Shown here: one piece after another, positions 54,618 to 64,000 of the stretch
How the letters are laid out: each line of letters starts with the position of its first letter
Numbering within the stretch: position 1 is the first letter of the stretch
Origin: an uncultured Chloroflexia bacterium
GTDB lineage: Bacteria; Chloroflexota; Anaerolineae; CG2-30-64-16
DNA: 64,000 bases
Assembly: GCA_963774265.1 (NCBI GenBank)
Contig: CAVZDU010000001.1
Coordinates: 224,001 to 288,000 of the forward strand
Direction: 5' to 3'
The notes under the pieces: generated by a model
What the model was told of the DNA's origin: nothing
Databases searched by the model: none
What the model saw: only the letters and a program-made list of their open reading frames with translations
Position numbers and translations under genes: made by a program

Positions 54618-55663
54618 ATGGAAGATTATCAATCGTTTTACGAAGGCAAGACGGTGCTCATTACCGGCGGCGCAGGCGCCATTGGCATCGAATCTCACAC
54701 GTGCCATTGCAGAACTCAAAGCGCGTACGGTCATCGTGCTGGATGATCTTTCGGCGGCCTATGAGTGGAACATTCCCTCGTTGCCCAATGTGCTGTTTGT
54801 GAAGGGATCAGTGACGGACGAGGTCGCGCTCAAACGCGTCTTCGCGCTCAAGCCGGACATCGTCTATCATCTGGCAGCTTTCTTTGCGAACCAGAACTCG
54901 GTCGATTATCCTCAGCGTGATCTGATGACCAATGGCTTGGGCACTTTGTTGGTCTATCAGTATGCACAGATGTGCGGGACAGGGCGAGTAGTCTATGCTT
55001 CGTCAGGATGCTCAATCTACGGTTCGCAGGCGCCGCTGCCGCTTAAAGAAGATTTCATGTCCATGCATCTGACGACGCCCTACCAGATCACCAAGATGCT
55101 GGGCGAGTTGTATGGCAACTTCTTCCATCATCACTATGGATTGCCGATTGTCAAGACGCGCTTTTTCAACTCCTATGGGCCGGGCGAAGTACCTGGGCAG
55201 TACCGCAACGTCATTCCCAACTTCATCTTCTGGGCCTTGTCGGGCTTGCCGTCTGCCGTTTACGGGCAGCGGTGAAGAGACACGTGATTTTACCTATGTA
55301 ATGGACATTGTGGATGCGTTGCTGCGTGCCGGATATACTGAGCGAGCAATCGGACAGGAGATGAACATCGCCTCAGGGCACGAGGTCAAGATACTGCGGT
55401 TGGCGGAACGCATCAACGAATTGACTGGCAACAAGGCGGGTATCGTGCGAGCCGAGCCAGTGTTTGGGACACGAAGAAACGTTTGCTCGCCTCTATAGAT
55501 CGCGCAAAGGATCTATTGGGCTATGAGCCTAAAATGGAATTTGAGCAGGGTCTGGTCAACACGATTCAATGGTTTCGTGACAATTGGGACGAATATCCGC
55601 CGCGACGCTGAGTTCCCGCCGGGAATGTCCTCCGCCACACGGGGAATGGTAGTCAAACGCTAG
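54618..55663 (+). CDS. NAD-dependent epimerase/dehydratase (frameshifted)
   Basis: TGGAGAIG, YQITK, FNSYGPGE, ETRDFTYV. Confidence 0.9.
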
Positions 55664-55688
55664 CCCTTGATGCCAGACGGAGTCTGAA

Positions 55689-56934
55689 TTGAGCCGGGTT
55701 TTATTGCACTCTCTGGTGTTCTCACCCGATAGCGTTTCAACCGCTTACATCATGACTGATTTGGCGGTGGAGCTAAAGCGGTTAGGGCACAAGGTTACCG
55801 TCCTAACGACCACGCCACACTATAACCTTGACCGGAGTGCCCTGGCAGCGCCAGCCATTGCAGAAACGTTGGGGAGGGTTACTTTACTATAGTGAATGCG
55901 AAGGTATCCCTGTTTGGCATGTCAAGCTACCGATGAAAGGTAAGCGGGTATGGACACGCGCTGTGGACTACGTTCGCTTTCACCTGTTATCTTTGGCGGC
56001 TAGTGTCCGAACGATTGGGGCGCAGGATGTGGTGATTGCCACTTCCCCACCCTTGACCATCGGCGTCATGTCATGGTTACTGGGTGCACGCTGGCAAGCA
56101 GCTTCGGTTTATAAGGTCGCAGAGGTTTACCCGGACCTGGCTATTCGCCAAGGAGTAGTCCGCGGAAAAATCATGATTGGATTGATGCGCTGGCTGGAAA
56201 AAATCGTATATGCACGCAATGCGATGATCGTGCCAATAGCCGAACAATTCACGAACGTGATTCGCGGGCGTGGCGTACCCGATCGGAAACTCTACACAAT
56301 CCCGGATTCTGTTGACACTGAACTCTATCGCCCATTGCCGAGGAAAAATCCATTCGCAGAACAACACGGATTGCTCGATGATTTTGTCGTATTGTATGGG
56401 GGCAACATTGGAATCGTCCAAGATTGGGAATCTGTCCTTTTTGCGGCAGAGTGTTCACTTGGAATGCCAATTCAGTTTGCCATTGTAGGCGATGGGGCGC
56501 GCCGCGAATGGTTAGCGGAGCAAGTCAAGCAGCGGAATTTGAGCAATGTCAAGCTGCTCGGGTATCAACCTAAAGAACTCATGCCCGAGATCAATGCCAG
56601 TTGTGATATTGGGACCATTCCAATGACGCGTGTCGGCGCACAGGATGGTTTTCCTTCCAAGGTCTACTCGAATCTGGCTTGTGCCAAGCCGGTGATTGTC
56701 TCTGCGGATGCGGATATGGGGATGGCGCGGCTGCTTGCACGGGCTGAGTGTGGTCGGGTTGTGCCGCCGGAGGATCGGCAGGCTTATGCCGATGCAGTCC
56801 TAAAAGCATTCCACGAACGCGATATGTTGCCCGCCGAGGGAGAACGGGGGCGCAGATTTGTCGAAACAGACTACTCTAGGCAAGCCATCGCCCGGAAATA
56901 TGACGCGTTGATTCGGCAACTGGCGAAACAGTAA
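55689..56934 (+). CDS. Glycosyltransferase family 4 (WbuB-like), one frameshift
   Basis: ATSPPL, YPD, YGGNIG, FPSKV. Confidence 0.88.
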
Positions 56935-56935
56935 G

Positions 56936-57948
56936 GTGCATCAGACCGTTCTTGTGACCGGCGCCGACGGGCGCGCTCGGACCGGGGGTGGTCAACCTGC
57001 TCACGACAAGCGGCTGCCGGGTGCGCGGGTTGGCGCTGGAGGGCCCACAAACGGCGTTTGATAAGGGCCAGGTGGAGTGGTTCATCGGCGACATCTGCGA
57101 CCGGCAGCTCCTGGATCGCGCCATGCAGGGCGTGTCCCATGTCGTTCATATGGCCGCGCTGTTGCACATCAACAACCCGGCCCCTCACCTGCGTGCTGAG
57201 TTCGAGCGGGTGAACGTCCAGGGCACGCAGGCGGTGGTGGACGCGACCCGCCAGTGTGATGCGCGGCGGCTGGTCTTTCTGAGCACGATCGCCGTGTACG
57301 GCTGCGAGCGCGGGGAGGTGCTGACGGAATCATCGCGACCGATCCCCGGCAGCTTCTACGCAGAAACAAAACTGACGGCTGAACGCATCGTGCTGGAAGC
57401 GCGCAACGGGGACGGCCGGCCGTTGGGCGTCGTGCTGCGGCTGGCCGCGGTCTACGGCAGCCGGGTCAAGGGGAATTACAGCCGGCTGGTTCAGGCGCTG
57501 GCGAGTGGGCGTTTCGTCCCCATCGGCGCCGGGGGCAATCGGCGCACCCTGGTGTACGATGAAGACGTGGCCGCGGCCGTGCAAACGGCATTGGAGCATC
57601 CCCACGCAGGCGGCCAGGTCTATAATGTCACGGACGGCGAGATCCATACGCTGAGCCGGATCATCGAGGCGATCTGCGTGGGCCTCGGCCGGCGTCCTCC
57701 CCGCATCGCGCTGCCCGCAGGGCCAATTCGTCTTGGGCTAGGTGCTGCAGACAGCCTTGGTCGTGCCATCGGCCGCGACCTGCCGGTCAACGGCGCGATG
57801 CTCGAGAAGTACCTTGAGGACGTGGCCGTCGACGGGACGAAGATCATGCGGGAGCTGGATTTCCGGCCCACGTACGACTTGACCGCGGGCTGGCGCGACG
57901 CCGATCGGCCAAATGCGACGGAACGGCGCTTTACCCCGTGCTCGGTGA
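56936..57948 (+). CDS. NAD-dependent epimerase (WbpK-like)
   Basis: VTGATGALG, YAETK, VYGSRVKGN. Confidence 0.85.
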
Positions 57949-59000
57949 AACCACCTACCTCCATCCGCTGGTGGCGGTTGCAGCGGGCTTGCTGGCATAC
58001 CTCCTGGCGCAGCGCCGGCGTCCGCGCCATCAAGCAGTTCGCAGAGCAGCGCCAGATACCTGGATATCCCAAACGAGCGCAGCTCCCACACGCGCGACCC
58101 ATTCCGCGCGGGGGCGGGCTGGCGATCGTGGTCGTCACCGCGGGCCTGGCGCTGCTTGCCAACGCAGTGCTCGCGCTGGGCGGCTGGCCGCGGCTGCTGC
58201 CGGTCGTCGGCGCCTGGCTCCTCGTGGCCGCGGTCAGCCTCGCGGATGACCTGCGGTCGCTCCCGAATCGCATCCGCTTTGCCGCGCACGCACTGGCCGC
58301 GCTTATGGTGATCCTCAGCATAGGCTACTGGGATAGCATCGCACCTGCCCCTGATCGGAGATATCCGTCTCGGGTGGGCCGGCCTGCCGCTGACGCTGCT
58401 GTGGCTGGTGGGGCTGACCAATGCCTACAATTTCATGGACGGGATCGACGGCATTGCGGGAAGCCAGGCCGTCGTGGCCGGGATCACGTGGGCAGTCGCG
58501 GGCCTCATCAGCGGTTCGACGGGCGTCGCGCTGGTCGGCCTGGTGCTGACCGGGGCGAGCGCAGGGTTTCTTGCGTACAATTGGCCCCCGGCACGGATAT
58601 TCATGGGCGACGTGGGAAGCGCCTTCATCGGCCTGGTCCTGGCGACGCTGGCCGTTGCCGGCCATGCACAAGACGCTCGGCTGGCGTTCGTGGGCCCGCT
58701 AGCCGTCTGGCCCTTCGTCTTCGACGCGACTTTCACCTTTCTGCGGCGAGCGGCGCGCCGCGAGACGTCTTCGCGCCCCATCGCTCGCACCTCTACCAGC
58801 GGTTGGTCATCCTGGGATATTCCCATAGAAACGTGACTCTGCTGTATACTGCCCTGGCGGTGCTGGGCGGCCTTCTCGCGGCGGCCTGGCTTCTGGAGAT
58901 GCCCGGCGCATCTCCGGCGATCGCGATCGTGATACCATTGGCGGCCTTGGGCCTCTGGGCTTTTGTCTGCTCTCGTGAGCGGCTGCAGCGGTCGGGCTAG
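57938..59000 (+). CDS. MraY/WecA/WbpL-family polyprenyl-phosphate sugar-1-phosphate transferase (frameshifted)
   Basis: PRGGGL, ADDL, NAYNFMDGIDG, IFMGDVGS, HRSHLYQRL. Confidence 0.9.
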
Positions 59001-59021
59001 ACATCTATGGAAGGGTAGCGC

Positions 59022-59067
59022 TTGGCATGTCCGCTAATCTGTATTATAATCAGGTCATCCTGACCTG
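59022..59067 (+). promoter_or_regulatory. TA promoter with operator palindrome CAGGTCA-TCC-TGACCTG
   Basis: TTGGCA-17-TATAAT immediately followed by a 7-bp inverted repeat (59051-59067). Confidence 0.7.
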
Positions 59068-59078
59068 TTGGAGGCACG

Positions 59079-59423
59079 ATGGATCGTGTCGTGGGTATGG
59101 TGGAAGCAAAAAGCAAGCTGGCTGAACTGGTCGGTCAGGTTAAGTACGCGGGCAAACGCTTCGTCCTGGAACGCCGGGGGCGTCCGATGGCCATGCTGAT
59201 CAGCGTGGAGGAGTTCGATCGCCTGCGTGCGGTGGCCGATACCGCCAGTGGCCGGGCGTCTGCCCTGCCGCCCGAGCTGCGCCAGCGCCAGGAGCGCCTG
59301 GTGGCACGCGCGCTGGCTCTGCGGGTGCGCTATCCACAACCGGAAGAGGGGCTCGCTGAGCTGTTTGACACCCTACCTGGCCATGATGACCCCTTCTGGA
59401 CCGAAATCCAGGAAGTGGATTGA
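59079..59423 (+). CDS. Phd/YefM family antitoxin
   Basis: EAKSKLAELV, ERRGRPMAMLIS. Confidence 0.88.
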   Translation: MDRVVGMVEAKSKLAELVGQVKYAGKRFVLERRGRPMAMLISVEEFDRLRAVADTASGRASALPPELRQRQERLVARALALRVRYPQPEEGLAELFDTLPGHDDPFWTEIQEVD

Positions 59424-59998
59424 TGGCGCTCTGTGATCTGGCCGACGACTCGATCATTCTGCCCCAGCAACTGGTACTCGATACATCACTGTTGCTGGCT
59501 TTGCGGCAGGGAGATGATAATCCCTTCGCTTCGACCGCGCTGGCTTTCTTGAGACGCCTGCGTAACCAGGTCATCAACCTCCAGACGGTCGCCTGGTTGC
59601 CGACACCCGTGCTCCAGGAGTGCTATCATATCATTCTGAGCCACGGCTTACGCCGCACCTGGGAGGGGTCGGACCTATCCTCAAGATCTCCCAACTGGCT
59701 GGCTGCCTACAAACGGCAACCTTCGCTGTTGCGCCTGGGATTCGGGGATCTGGACCGCTTCGACGAGTTGCTGGCAAGCATCCCGCTGACCGTGGCGCAA
59801 CCGGATGATCTTGCGACGTCAACACAGATGCCCCCGCTGGAGGAACGCATGGGGCGCTTTATCAGGTCGTATGATTTGCTCCCACAGGACGCGCTAATCC
59901 TGGCGCATGCCGAGCGTTTGGGTGTGGCAGCGGTAGCCACCCTCGACAGTGATTGGCGGCGGGTCACCGAATTCGACATCTATACCACCCCCACATGA
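59423..59998 (+). CDS. PIN-domain (VapC-like) toxin
   Basis: VLDTS, LQE, DALILA, TLDSDW. Confidence 0.85.
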   Translation: MALCDLADDSIILPQQLVLDTSLLLALRQGDDNPFASTALAFLRRLRNQVINLQTVAWLPTPVLQECYHIILSHGLRRTWEGSDLSSRSPNWLAAYKRQPSLLRLGFGDLDRFDELLASIPLTVAQPDDLATSTQMPPLEERMGRFIRSYDLLPQDALILAHAERLGVAAVATLDSDWRRVTEFDIYTTPT

Positions 59999-60003
59999 TG
60001 GGC

Positions 60004-61948
60004 ATGACTCGTTCTTCTTCTTGGGCCCGCGTGCTGGCAAAGGTGCGCAACCGGCACCTGTTCGCCGCGGATGCTGGTGCTGTTGGTGCTCGCGGCCGTC
60101 CTGGCCTTCGCGCTGCGGCTCGACAGCGCGACGCTGCAGCGCTACGTTCCGACGATGCTCGCCTATGCCCTCGCCGCACCCCTGATCAAGATCCCCATCT
60201 TCTGGGCCCTCGGCCTGTATCGCACGTACTGGCAGTACGCGGACACGGACGAGCTGCTGCTCCTGATCTGGGCCGCGGCAATCGGCTGCCTGGCGCAGGG
60301 CGCACTTTTCCTCGGCAGCCAGGTCCTCTTCCCGGCCCTGCTCGTCCCGGGCGTGCCGCGGTCGATCCCGTTGATCGATCTGCTGCTCACCTTCGCGGTG
60401 ATCGCGGCGCCCCGCCTGGCCCTGCGCGCAGGCGCGGTGAGCGCGCGGCGCAGCGGTAAGTCGGGTGAACCGGGCGGTCGCGTCCAGCACGTGCTGATCG
60501 CGGGCGCGGGCGAGGCCGGCGCGATGGTGCTGCGCGAGCTGCGCCAGAACCCGCAGACCGGCCTGGTGCCGGTCGGCTTCGTCGACGACGACCCGGCCAA
60601 ACACGGGGTGCTCCTCAACCGGGTGCGGGTGCTGGGGGACGCGGCGGCGATCCCGCAGCTGGTCCGCGAGCACGCTATCGACCAGGTCATCATCGCCATG
60701 CCCAGCGCGACGGGCAAGACCATCCGCGAGATCGTCGATATCTGCGAAGAAGCCGGCGTGCGCGCGCGCATCGTCCCGGGCATCTACGAGCTGCTGGGCG
60801 GGGGCGTCAAGCTCAGCCAACTGCGCGACGTGCAGATCGAGGACCTGCTGCGCCGCGAGCCGGTGCAGACCGACACGGCCCAGGTCCAGGCGCTGCTGTA
60901 CGGGAAGCGCGTGCTGGTCACGGGCGCGGGCGGGTCCATCGGCTCGGAGCTGTGCCGGCAGATCCTGCGCTGCCGCCCCGCGTCCCTGATCCTGTTGGGA
61001 CACGGCGAGAACAGCATCTTCGACATCCATAACGAATTGAAGATTGCAGATTGCAGATTGCCGAGACTACGGACTTCGACCTGCAACCTGGCGCCCGTCA
61101 TCGCGGACATCCGCTTTCCCGACCGGCTCGCGGCCGTCTTCGCCGAGCACCGGCCCGAGGTCGTCTTTCACGCCGCGGCGCACAAGCACGTGCCGCTCAT
61201 GGAAGACAACATCGCGGACGCGATCACCAACAACGTCCTGGGCACGCTCCGGCTGGTCGAAGCGAGCGTCGCGGCCGGCGTCAGCCACTTCGTCCTGATC
61301 TCCACGGACAAGGCGGTCAACCCGACCAGCGTCATGGGCGCCACCAAGCGCGTCGCGGAGCTGATCGTGGAGCAGGCCGCGCGGCACACCGGCCGCGCGT
61401 TCGTCGCGGTGCGCTTCGGCAATGTGCTGGGCAGCCGCGGCAGCGTCGTGCCCCACTTCCAGAAGCAGATCGCCGCGGGCGGGCCGGTCACGGTCACGCA
61501 CCCCGAGGTGAAGCGCTACTTCATGACCATCCCCGAGGCCGTGCAGCTCGTGCTGCAGGCCGCCACCATGGGGCACGGGAGCGAGGTCTTCGTGCTCGAC
61601 ATGGGCGAGCCGGTGCGCATCGTCGACCTGGCGCGCGACCTGATCCGCCTGTCCGGGCTGGAGCCGGAGCGCGACATCGAGGTCACGTTCACCGGCTTGC
61701 GGCCGGGCGAGAAGCTGTACGAAGAGCTGTTCGCCGCGGCGGAGGATTACGGCCGGACCGAGCACGAGAAGATCCTGCGCTTCACCAACGGCAAGGGTCC
61801 TGCAGAGGACGGCGACGACCACGACCGGTTCCCGGGGCAGATCGAGATCTTGCTCGACGCAGCCCGCCGAGGGGAGATCGGGGCCATGGCCGCGGCGCTG
61901 CAGGACCTGGTGCCGCAGTACCGCCCCCAGGAGCGGAGGGGCGAATGA
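60004..61948 (+). CDS. CapD/PglF/WbpM nucleotide-sugar 4,6-dehydratase
   Basis: GAGEAG, TGAGGSIGSE, AAHKHVP, STDKAVNP, RFGNVLGSRGS, LRPGEKL; frameshift near 60072. Confidence 0.93.
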
Positions 61949-63159
61949 GGGCGGCTGCGCAGAGCCCGCACGTCTGGCAGCCCCCCGGCTGGTCGCCGCA
62001 GGGGGCTGTTGATTTCCTGCACGGGCTGACCGATGAGGCCAGCCCGCTCCTCGCCGCCTGGGCGAAGCGGGCGCCCGATGCCGCGTGGGCGGAGTGGCTG
62101 GGAGGGCTGGGGTTGGCCGCGTTCGCGTGCCACCGCCTGCGCGGCGCGGGCCTGCTCGGCGAGCTGCCCGACCCGCTCCGGGATCGCCTGGTTGGGGCCT
62201 ATTACAGGGGCGCCGCCGACGCGGAGCTGCACACGCAAGAGCTGGCGGCGGTGCTCGGTACGCTGGCACGGGGCGGCGTGACCGCGGTGGTGTTCAAGGG
62301 CGCCAGCCTCGCACACCTCGCCTATCCCGACCCTGCCTGCCGGCCCATGGGGGACCTGGACCTGTGGGTCACGGCAGAGGCCATGCCCCGGGCGCGCGAG
62401 CTGCTGGCCGGCCTGGGCTACGTGGAGCGAGGGAAGGCGCACCGGCCCCTGGCCTTGCAGGCGGGGCGGGACGGCGAGGTCCAGATGATGGGGAGTGCGC
62501 CGGGCAGCGGGCTGGTGGAGCTGCACTGGGGCATGTTTGCGGGGGAATGGCTGCAGCGCACGGCCGCGGTCGACAGCCCGGGCATCCTCTGCCGCGCGGT
62601 CCCGGTCACGCTCGCGGGGCAGTCGGCGTGGACCCTCGCGCCTGAGGATGCGATCGTGCAGTTGGCCGTGCACCTGGCCGTGAACCACCAGATGGCCTAT
62701 CCCGGCCTGCGCGCGATGGTGGACGTCAGCCTGGTGGCACGGCCGCACTCCGTGCGGGCGCAGGACGTGGACTGGACCGCCGTGGCCGAACGGGCGCGCG
62801 CCTGGCGCGTGGCGAACGCGACCTGGCTCGTCCTGAGCCTGACCGGGGAACTGATGGGGCTGCCGGGGGCGGAGGCCGCGATCGCTGCGCTGCGGCCGTC
62901 AGCCGTGCGCCGGCGGCTGCTGCGCCGGTTCGTCGATGGGGGGGCGGTCCTCGAAGGCCGCGACATGACGGGCGGGCCGCGGCGGCTGGCGTTCCAGTTG
63001 CTGCTGGTCGACCGGCCCGTGGATGCCCTGCGGCTGCTGGGCCGCGGCCTGTGGCCGGAGGAGGGGTGGCTGGCCGCACGGTATGGGGCGGCGGGGCCGC
63101 GGGTGCGCATGCGCCATTTGGCGGCCGCGTGCTGCGGGGGCGGGTGTAGGGGCGGTTAA
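61945..63159 (+). CDS. Nucleotidyltransferase family protein (NTP_transf_5-like)
   Basis: FKGASLA..YP....RPMGDLDLWV, VELHW; ATGA overlap with capD. Confidence 0.82.
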   Translation: MRAAAQSPHVWQPPGWSPQGAVDFLHGLTDEASPLLAAWAKRAPDAAWAEWLGGLGLAAFACHRLRGAGLLGELPDPLRDRLVGAYYRGAADAELHTQELAAVLGTLARGGVTAVVFKGASLAHLAYPDPACRPMGDLDLWVTAEAMPRARELLAGLGYVERGKAHRPLALQAGRDGEVQMMGSAPGSGLVELHWGMFAGEWLQRTAAVDSPGILCRAVPVTLAGQSAWTLAPEDAIVQLAVHLAVNHQMAYPGLRAMVDVSLVARPHSVRAQDVDWTAVAERARAWRVANATWLVLSLTGELMGLPGAEAAIAALRPSAVRRRLLRRFVDGGAVLEGRDMTGGPRRLAFQLLLVDRPVDALRLLGRGLWPEEGWLAARYGAAGPRVRMRHLAAACCGGGCRGG

Positions 63160-63161
63160 TG

Positions 63162-63195
63162 AAAAAAAGAGGGAGCGCTCGATGAGCCTCCCTCT
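63162..63195 (-). terminator. Intrinsic terminator downstream of bcp
   Basis: GAGGGAG...CTCCCTC stem with an adjacent A7 run. Confidence 0.7.
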
Positions 63196-63216
63196 CCTTA
63201 TTGGGTACAGGCGATA

Positions 63217-63711
63217 TCAGCTCAGCCGCAGCGCAGCGAGCGCGTTCTGCACGCTGTCGTCCGGGCTGACGCTGTACTGCACGTCCGCGATGTTGCCGGC
63301 CTCGTCGACCAGGAAGTGCGAGCGGATGATGCCCATGTAGGTCTTGCCGTACATGCTCTTCTCACGCCACACGCCATAGGCCTGTGACACCGCGGTCTCG
63401 GTGTCGGCAAGCAGCTTGAAGGGCAGGTTGAACTTCGTCTTGAACTTCGCGTGGCTCTTCTCGCCGTCCGGGCTGATGCCAAACACGACGGCATTCTGCT
63501 CCTGGATCGTTACGTAGTTATCGCGGAAGCCGCAGGCCTGGGTCGTGCAGCCGGGCGTGTCGTCCTTCGGGTAGAAGTACAACACCACGCGCTGCCCCCG
63601 CAGGTCGCTCAACCGCACCGTGCTCCCATCGTCCGCCTTCAGCTCGAAGTCGGGCGCCGGACTCCCCACCACCGGCACGTCCGCCGGAACTTCCACTGAT
63701 TTGTTCGCCAT
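63217..63711 (-). CDS. bcp: Peroxiredoxin Bcp
   Basis: YFYPKDDTPGCTTQAC, GIIRSHF. Confidence 0.95.
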   Translation of the reverse strand: MANKSVEVPADVPVVGSPAPDFELKADDGSTVRLSDLRGQRVVLYFYPKDDTPGCTTQACGFRDNYVTIQEQNAVVFGISPDGEKSHAKFKTKFNLPFKLLADTETAVSQAYGVWREKSMYGKTYMGIIRSHFLVDEAGNIADVQYSVSPDDSVQNALAALRLS

Positions 63712-63884
63712 TTCTTTCTCCTCGCAGCTTGATTCAACATTGAGATTGTACAAAGCCTAAACAACACGGTCAGGGATCGGGCGTACAATTGCGGGCGCCC
63801 TTTAAAGAGCAGGGGACGTGGCCGCCCCGCCCGGCCTGGGCGAGGGGCCGCGCCCCCTGCATTCATGTCAGTGGAATCGACCGA

Positions 63885-64000
63885 TCAGGGCCAGATGCCG
63901 CGCTGTTGTACGACTGCGGCCACCTTGTCCACGGCCAGCATCATGGCGCCCATGCGCATCGGTACAGCCTGCGCCTGGGAATAGTCCCACACGTTGTTGA
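63885..64000 (-). CDS. Glu/Leu/Phe/Val dehydrogenase, C-terminus (partial)
   Basis: Hand translation VWDYSQAQAVPMRMGAMMLAVDKVAAVVQQRGIWP*. Confidence 0.75.
   Translation of the reverse strand, partial: NNVWDYSQAQAVPMRMGAMMLAVDKVAAVVQQRGIWP

Noticed and set aside
56988-59000. 670-aa epimerase-WbpL fusion ORF
   Set aside because: Artefact of frameshifts; two separate overlapping genes restore all motifs

Overview
High-GC bacterial chromosomal window. Gene content and style suggest Chloroflexota/Anaerolineae (inference). Many genes, including housekeeping ones (trxB, plsX, degV, thiB, rfbA, wecB), are broken by single-base indels, most simply explained as uncorrected long-read errors. The left half (1-31 kb) is housekeeping with small accessory patches: two AAA+/DUF4143 ATPase genes with palindromic operators, rlmD, a PEP/pyruvate-binding protein, a full-length ComEC with a degenerate nuclease domain plus a separate intact ComEC-type metallo-beta-lactamase gene (flanking an opposite-strand trxB/DNA-methyltransferase/dppA operon), a CsoR-regulated P1B ATPase, a TPP-riboswitch thiN-thiBPQ operon, ssb, radC, deoC, plsX-degV and tRNA-Leu(GAG). 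The right half (31.3-63.2 kb) is a ~32 kb surface-polysaccharide locus: sugar dehydrogenase, rfbA, Fkp-like fucose salvage enzyme, wzz, wzx, wzy, glycosyltransferases, epimerases, wecB, WbpL-like and capD-like genes. It contains toxin-antitoxin modules, an internally deleted IS, and an rfbA'-'fkp chimeric ~475 bp direct repeat bracketing wzz. The best candidates for something new are the split ComEC with an orphan methyltransferase, the repeat-flanked wzz cassette, and the operator-bearing AAA+ genes. None is proven from sequence alone.
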